The notes under the pieces are model-generated. The model did not search any database, had not been told where the DNA came from, and saw only the letters and a program-made list of their open reading frames with translations. The position numbers and the translations under genes were made by a program. Below, one piece after another: positions 22,642 through 24,000 of a stretch of 24,000 nucleotides of DNA; within the stretch, counting starts at the first letter, position 1; the number at the start of each line of letters is the position of its first letter. Source of the DNA: Erysipelotrichaceae bacterium (GTDB lineage: Bacteria; Bacillota_I; Bacilli_A; Erysipelotrichales; Erysipelotrichaceae); contig CAAEVI010000001.1 in assembly GCA_900759455.1 (NCBI GenBank), positions 1,467 through 25,466 of the forward strand, in the 5' to 3' direction.

Positions 22642-23517
22642 TTATTGGTTGCTTTGCTCAACATTTTTGATTACTTCATAACTGCACACATACTGGTACA
22701 TATCGCCTGACTGGATAAAGCGGCATGGGATGTCTGTCTTTATTGCTTTGTGGATGTAGGTGAGCAGGTATTCCATACCGTATTCTTCCAGATTGAAATG
22801 GCCGATGCTGATGATGGCTTTGTTTTGTCCTGTCATGGCGGCATCACGAATGTATTCGCTCAGCGTAAAGTCAACGGCTTCCATGGTGAGAAAGCAGTCT
22901 ACTTCGCCTTTGTCGGCGGCAATGATTTCTCTTCTGGCATCACCTAATATGTGATAAGGAATGCAGATTTTTTCCACAACTGCATCGGGATTTCCGAGGA
23001 TGCGGGCACCGTTGAGGTGCAGGGTGGAAATGATATGATGCGCCAGTTCTTTGACGGTTATTTTGGGAAGAAGAAAACGCATGGATGAAGGATCGATGAA
23101 CGTGCTCCATCCCAGCTTGTGCGCTACGCCGGTAAAGATGCCGTCCGCATAAACGGTCTCGTTCAACGGAATACCGGAGTGGATATAATCGTGAAAACGC
23201 CAGACGACGATGCGGTGTTCGTCAAGCAGTCTGGTTTTTATTTCGTATGTTTTATTTTGATTTTCCTTCAGCCAGTCTTGATGGTCGCCATGGTTCCAAA
23301 ACAGAGCTTCATGTACGATGATCAGATTGGCGCCCTGCATGGCTGCCTGTCTGATGACGTCGACAGTAGCCCAGCAGGTAGTAACGATGCCGGTACAGGT
23401 CTGTCTGGGATCGCCGTACAGGATCTGATCCCTGGTGGTCTGTTCATCGATGACTTTATTGTTCCAGACGCCTCTGCAGTAGTCTTTGAGATTTCGGATG
23501 ACTGTGCTGATTTCCAT
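22642..23517 (-). CDS. NIF3 (DUF34)-like dinuclear-metal-centre protein
   Basis: The pattern ILYGDP...GIVTTCWATVDVIRQAAMQGANLIIVHEALFW...VVWRFHDYIH resembles NIF3-family metal-ligand segments. The assignment is by pattern only. The start ATG 23517 lies 27 nt downstream of the mntP stop, so the two genes are likely co-transcribed. Confidence 0.45.
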   Translation of the reverse strand: MEISTVIRNLKDYCRGVWNNKVIDEQTTRDQILYGDPRQTCTGIVTTCWATVDVIRQAAMQGANLIIVHEALFWNHGDHQDWLKENQNKTYEIKTRLLDEHRIVVWRFHDYIHSGIPLNETVYADGIFTGVAHKLGWSTFIDPSSMRFLLPKITVKELAHHIISTLHLNGARILGNPDAVVEKICIPYHILGDARREIIAADKGEVDCFLTMEAVDFTLSEYIRDAAMTGQNKAIISIGHFNLEEYGMEYLLTYIHKAIKTDIPCRFIQSGDMYQYVCSYEVIKNVEQSNQ

Positions 23518-23544
23518 ATGTATGCCTTCTTTCTTAAGCAACTG

Positions 23545-24000
23545 TTAAAAGAACAGGTGTTCAATCAGAATCTTGGTTCCGATCACGATGAGAATGACAC
23601 CGCCCAGGATGCCGGCATAGCGTTTTAATACGTCGCCGAGCTTGCTGCCGAGATAGACGGCCGCAAAGGACAATGCGAAGGTCGTTAAGCCGATGATCAG
23701 GATGCTGGATAAAATATTCACTTTCAAAAAGGCGAATGTAATGCCGACGGCCAGCGCATCGATGCTGGTCGCAACGGCAAGCATCAGTACATGAGGCAGG
23801 GCAAGGTTGCATGCATCGTCGTCCTCTTCTTCTCCTTTTATCGCTTCCCGGATCATGTTGGCACCGATGATGCCCAGTAACAGGAAGGCGATCCAGTGAT
23901 CGATGGATGTGATGAATGACTCGAACAGGGAACCGCTCAGCCATCCGATCAACGGCATCAAAGCCTGAAACAGGCCGAACCAGAAGGCCAGGATGCAGGC
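23545..24000 (-). CDS. mntP: Manganese efflux pump MntP (5' end lies outside the window)
   Basis: The frame stays open to the window edge, where it reads ...ACILAFWFGLFQALMPLIGW. The sequence GLFQALMPLIGWLSG...IDHWIAFLLLGIIGANMIREA...SIDALAVGITFA is the MntP/DUF204 repeat signature. Confidence 0.85.
   Translation of the reverse strand, partial: ACILAFWFGLFQALMPLIGWLSGSLFESFITSIDHWIAFLLLGIIGANMIREAIKGEEEDDDACNLALPHVLMLAVATSIDALAVGITFAFLKVNILSSILIIGLTTFALSFAAVYLGSKLGDVLKRYAGILGGVILIVIGTKILIEHLFF

Noticed and set aside
23119-23944. ORFs at 23119-23628 (+), 23322-23564 (-) and 23561-23944 (-, Arg/Cys/His-rich) overlap the NIF3-like and mntP genes.
   Set aside because: The alternative frames are open because of high GC. 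The mntP frame has a clear family signature, and the 127-aa out-of-frame ORF translates as an improbable Arg/His/Cys-rich string.
1-24000. I searched the window for CRISPR arrays, tRNA or rRNA genes, integrases, transposases and toxin-antitoxin pairs.
   Set aside because: I saw no regularly spaced direct repeats, no cloverleaf-like or rRNA-like conserved segments, and no ORF with recombinase or transposase motifs. The only mobile-element-like trace is the 105-nt inverted-repeat element at 22233-22337.

Overview
The window looks like a Bacillota-type chromosome segment, with Shine-Dalgarno-led genes, tight operons and several 4-nt ATGA start/stop overlaps. Both edges carry GC-richer core genes. 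On the + strand these are holB (partial), ricT/yaaT and rsmI (1-2267). On the - strand they are mntP (partial) and a NIF3-like gene (22642-24000). My hand counts of single 60-nt lines give 52-60% GC in these flanks. The roughly 20 kb between them is mostly lower in GC (15-40% in most sampled lines) and looks accessory. It holds three modules. (1) A self-contained sigma-54 module: rpoN/sigL divergent from a LevR-type enhancer-binding protein, a canonical -24/-12 promoter (TGGCAC-N5-TTGCT, 6994-7009), mannose-family PTS EIIA/B/C/D, two SIS-domain deglycase-like enzymes and a HAD phosphatase. This layout matches the Salmonella gfr / E. coli frl Amadori-compound (fructoselysine/glucoselysine) systems. 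(2) A terminator-bracketed four-gene cassette (12858-16390) behind a very AT-rich 530-bp leader. It encodes a PD-(D/E)xK + DUF2075/Schlafen-type helicase, a DCTPP1-like MazG pyrophosphohydrolase (ATGA-coupled), a coiled-coil protein with an internal J-domain (HPD), and a small HIRAN protein. I do not recognise this combination as a named system, and it is my top candidate for an undescribed phage-defence or DNA-conflict system. (3) A second mannose-family PTS operon: an MtlR/ManR-type PRD activator, EIIA, EIIB, a natural EIIC-EIID fusion and an M24 metallopeptidase, substrate unknown. I found no rRNA, tRNA, CRISPR array, integrase or transposase. All protein assignments come from motif and family recognition by eye, with no database search.
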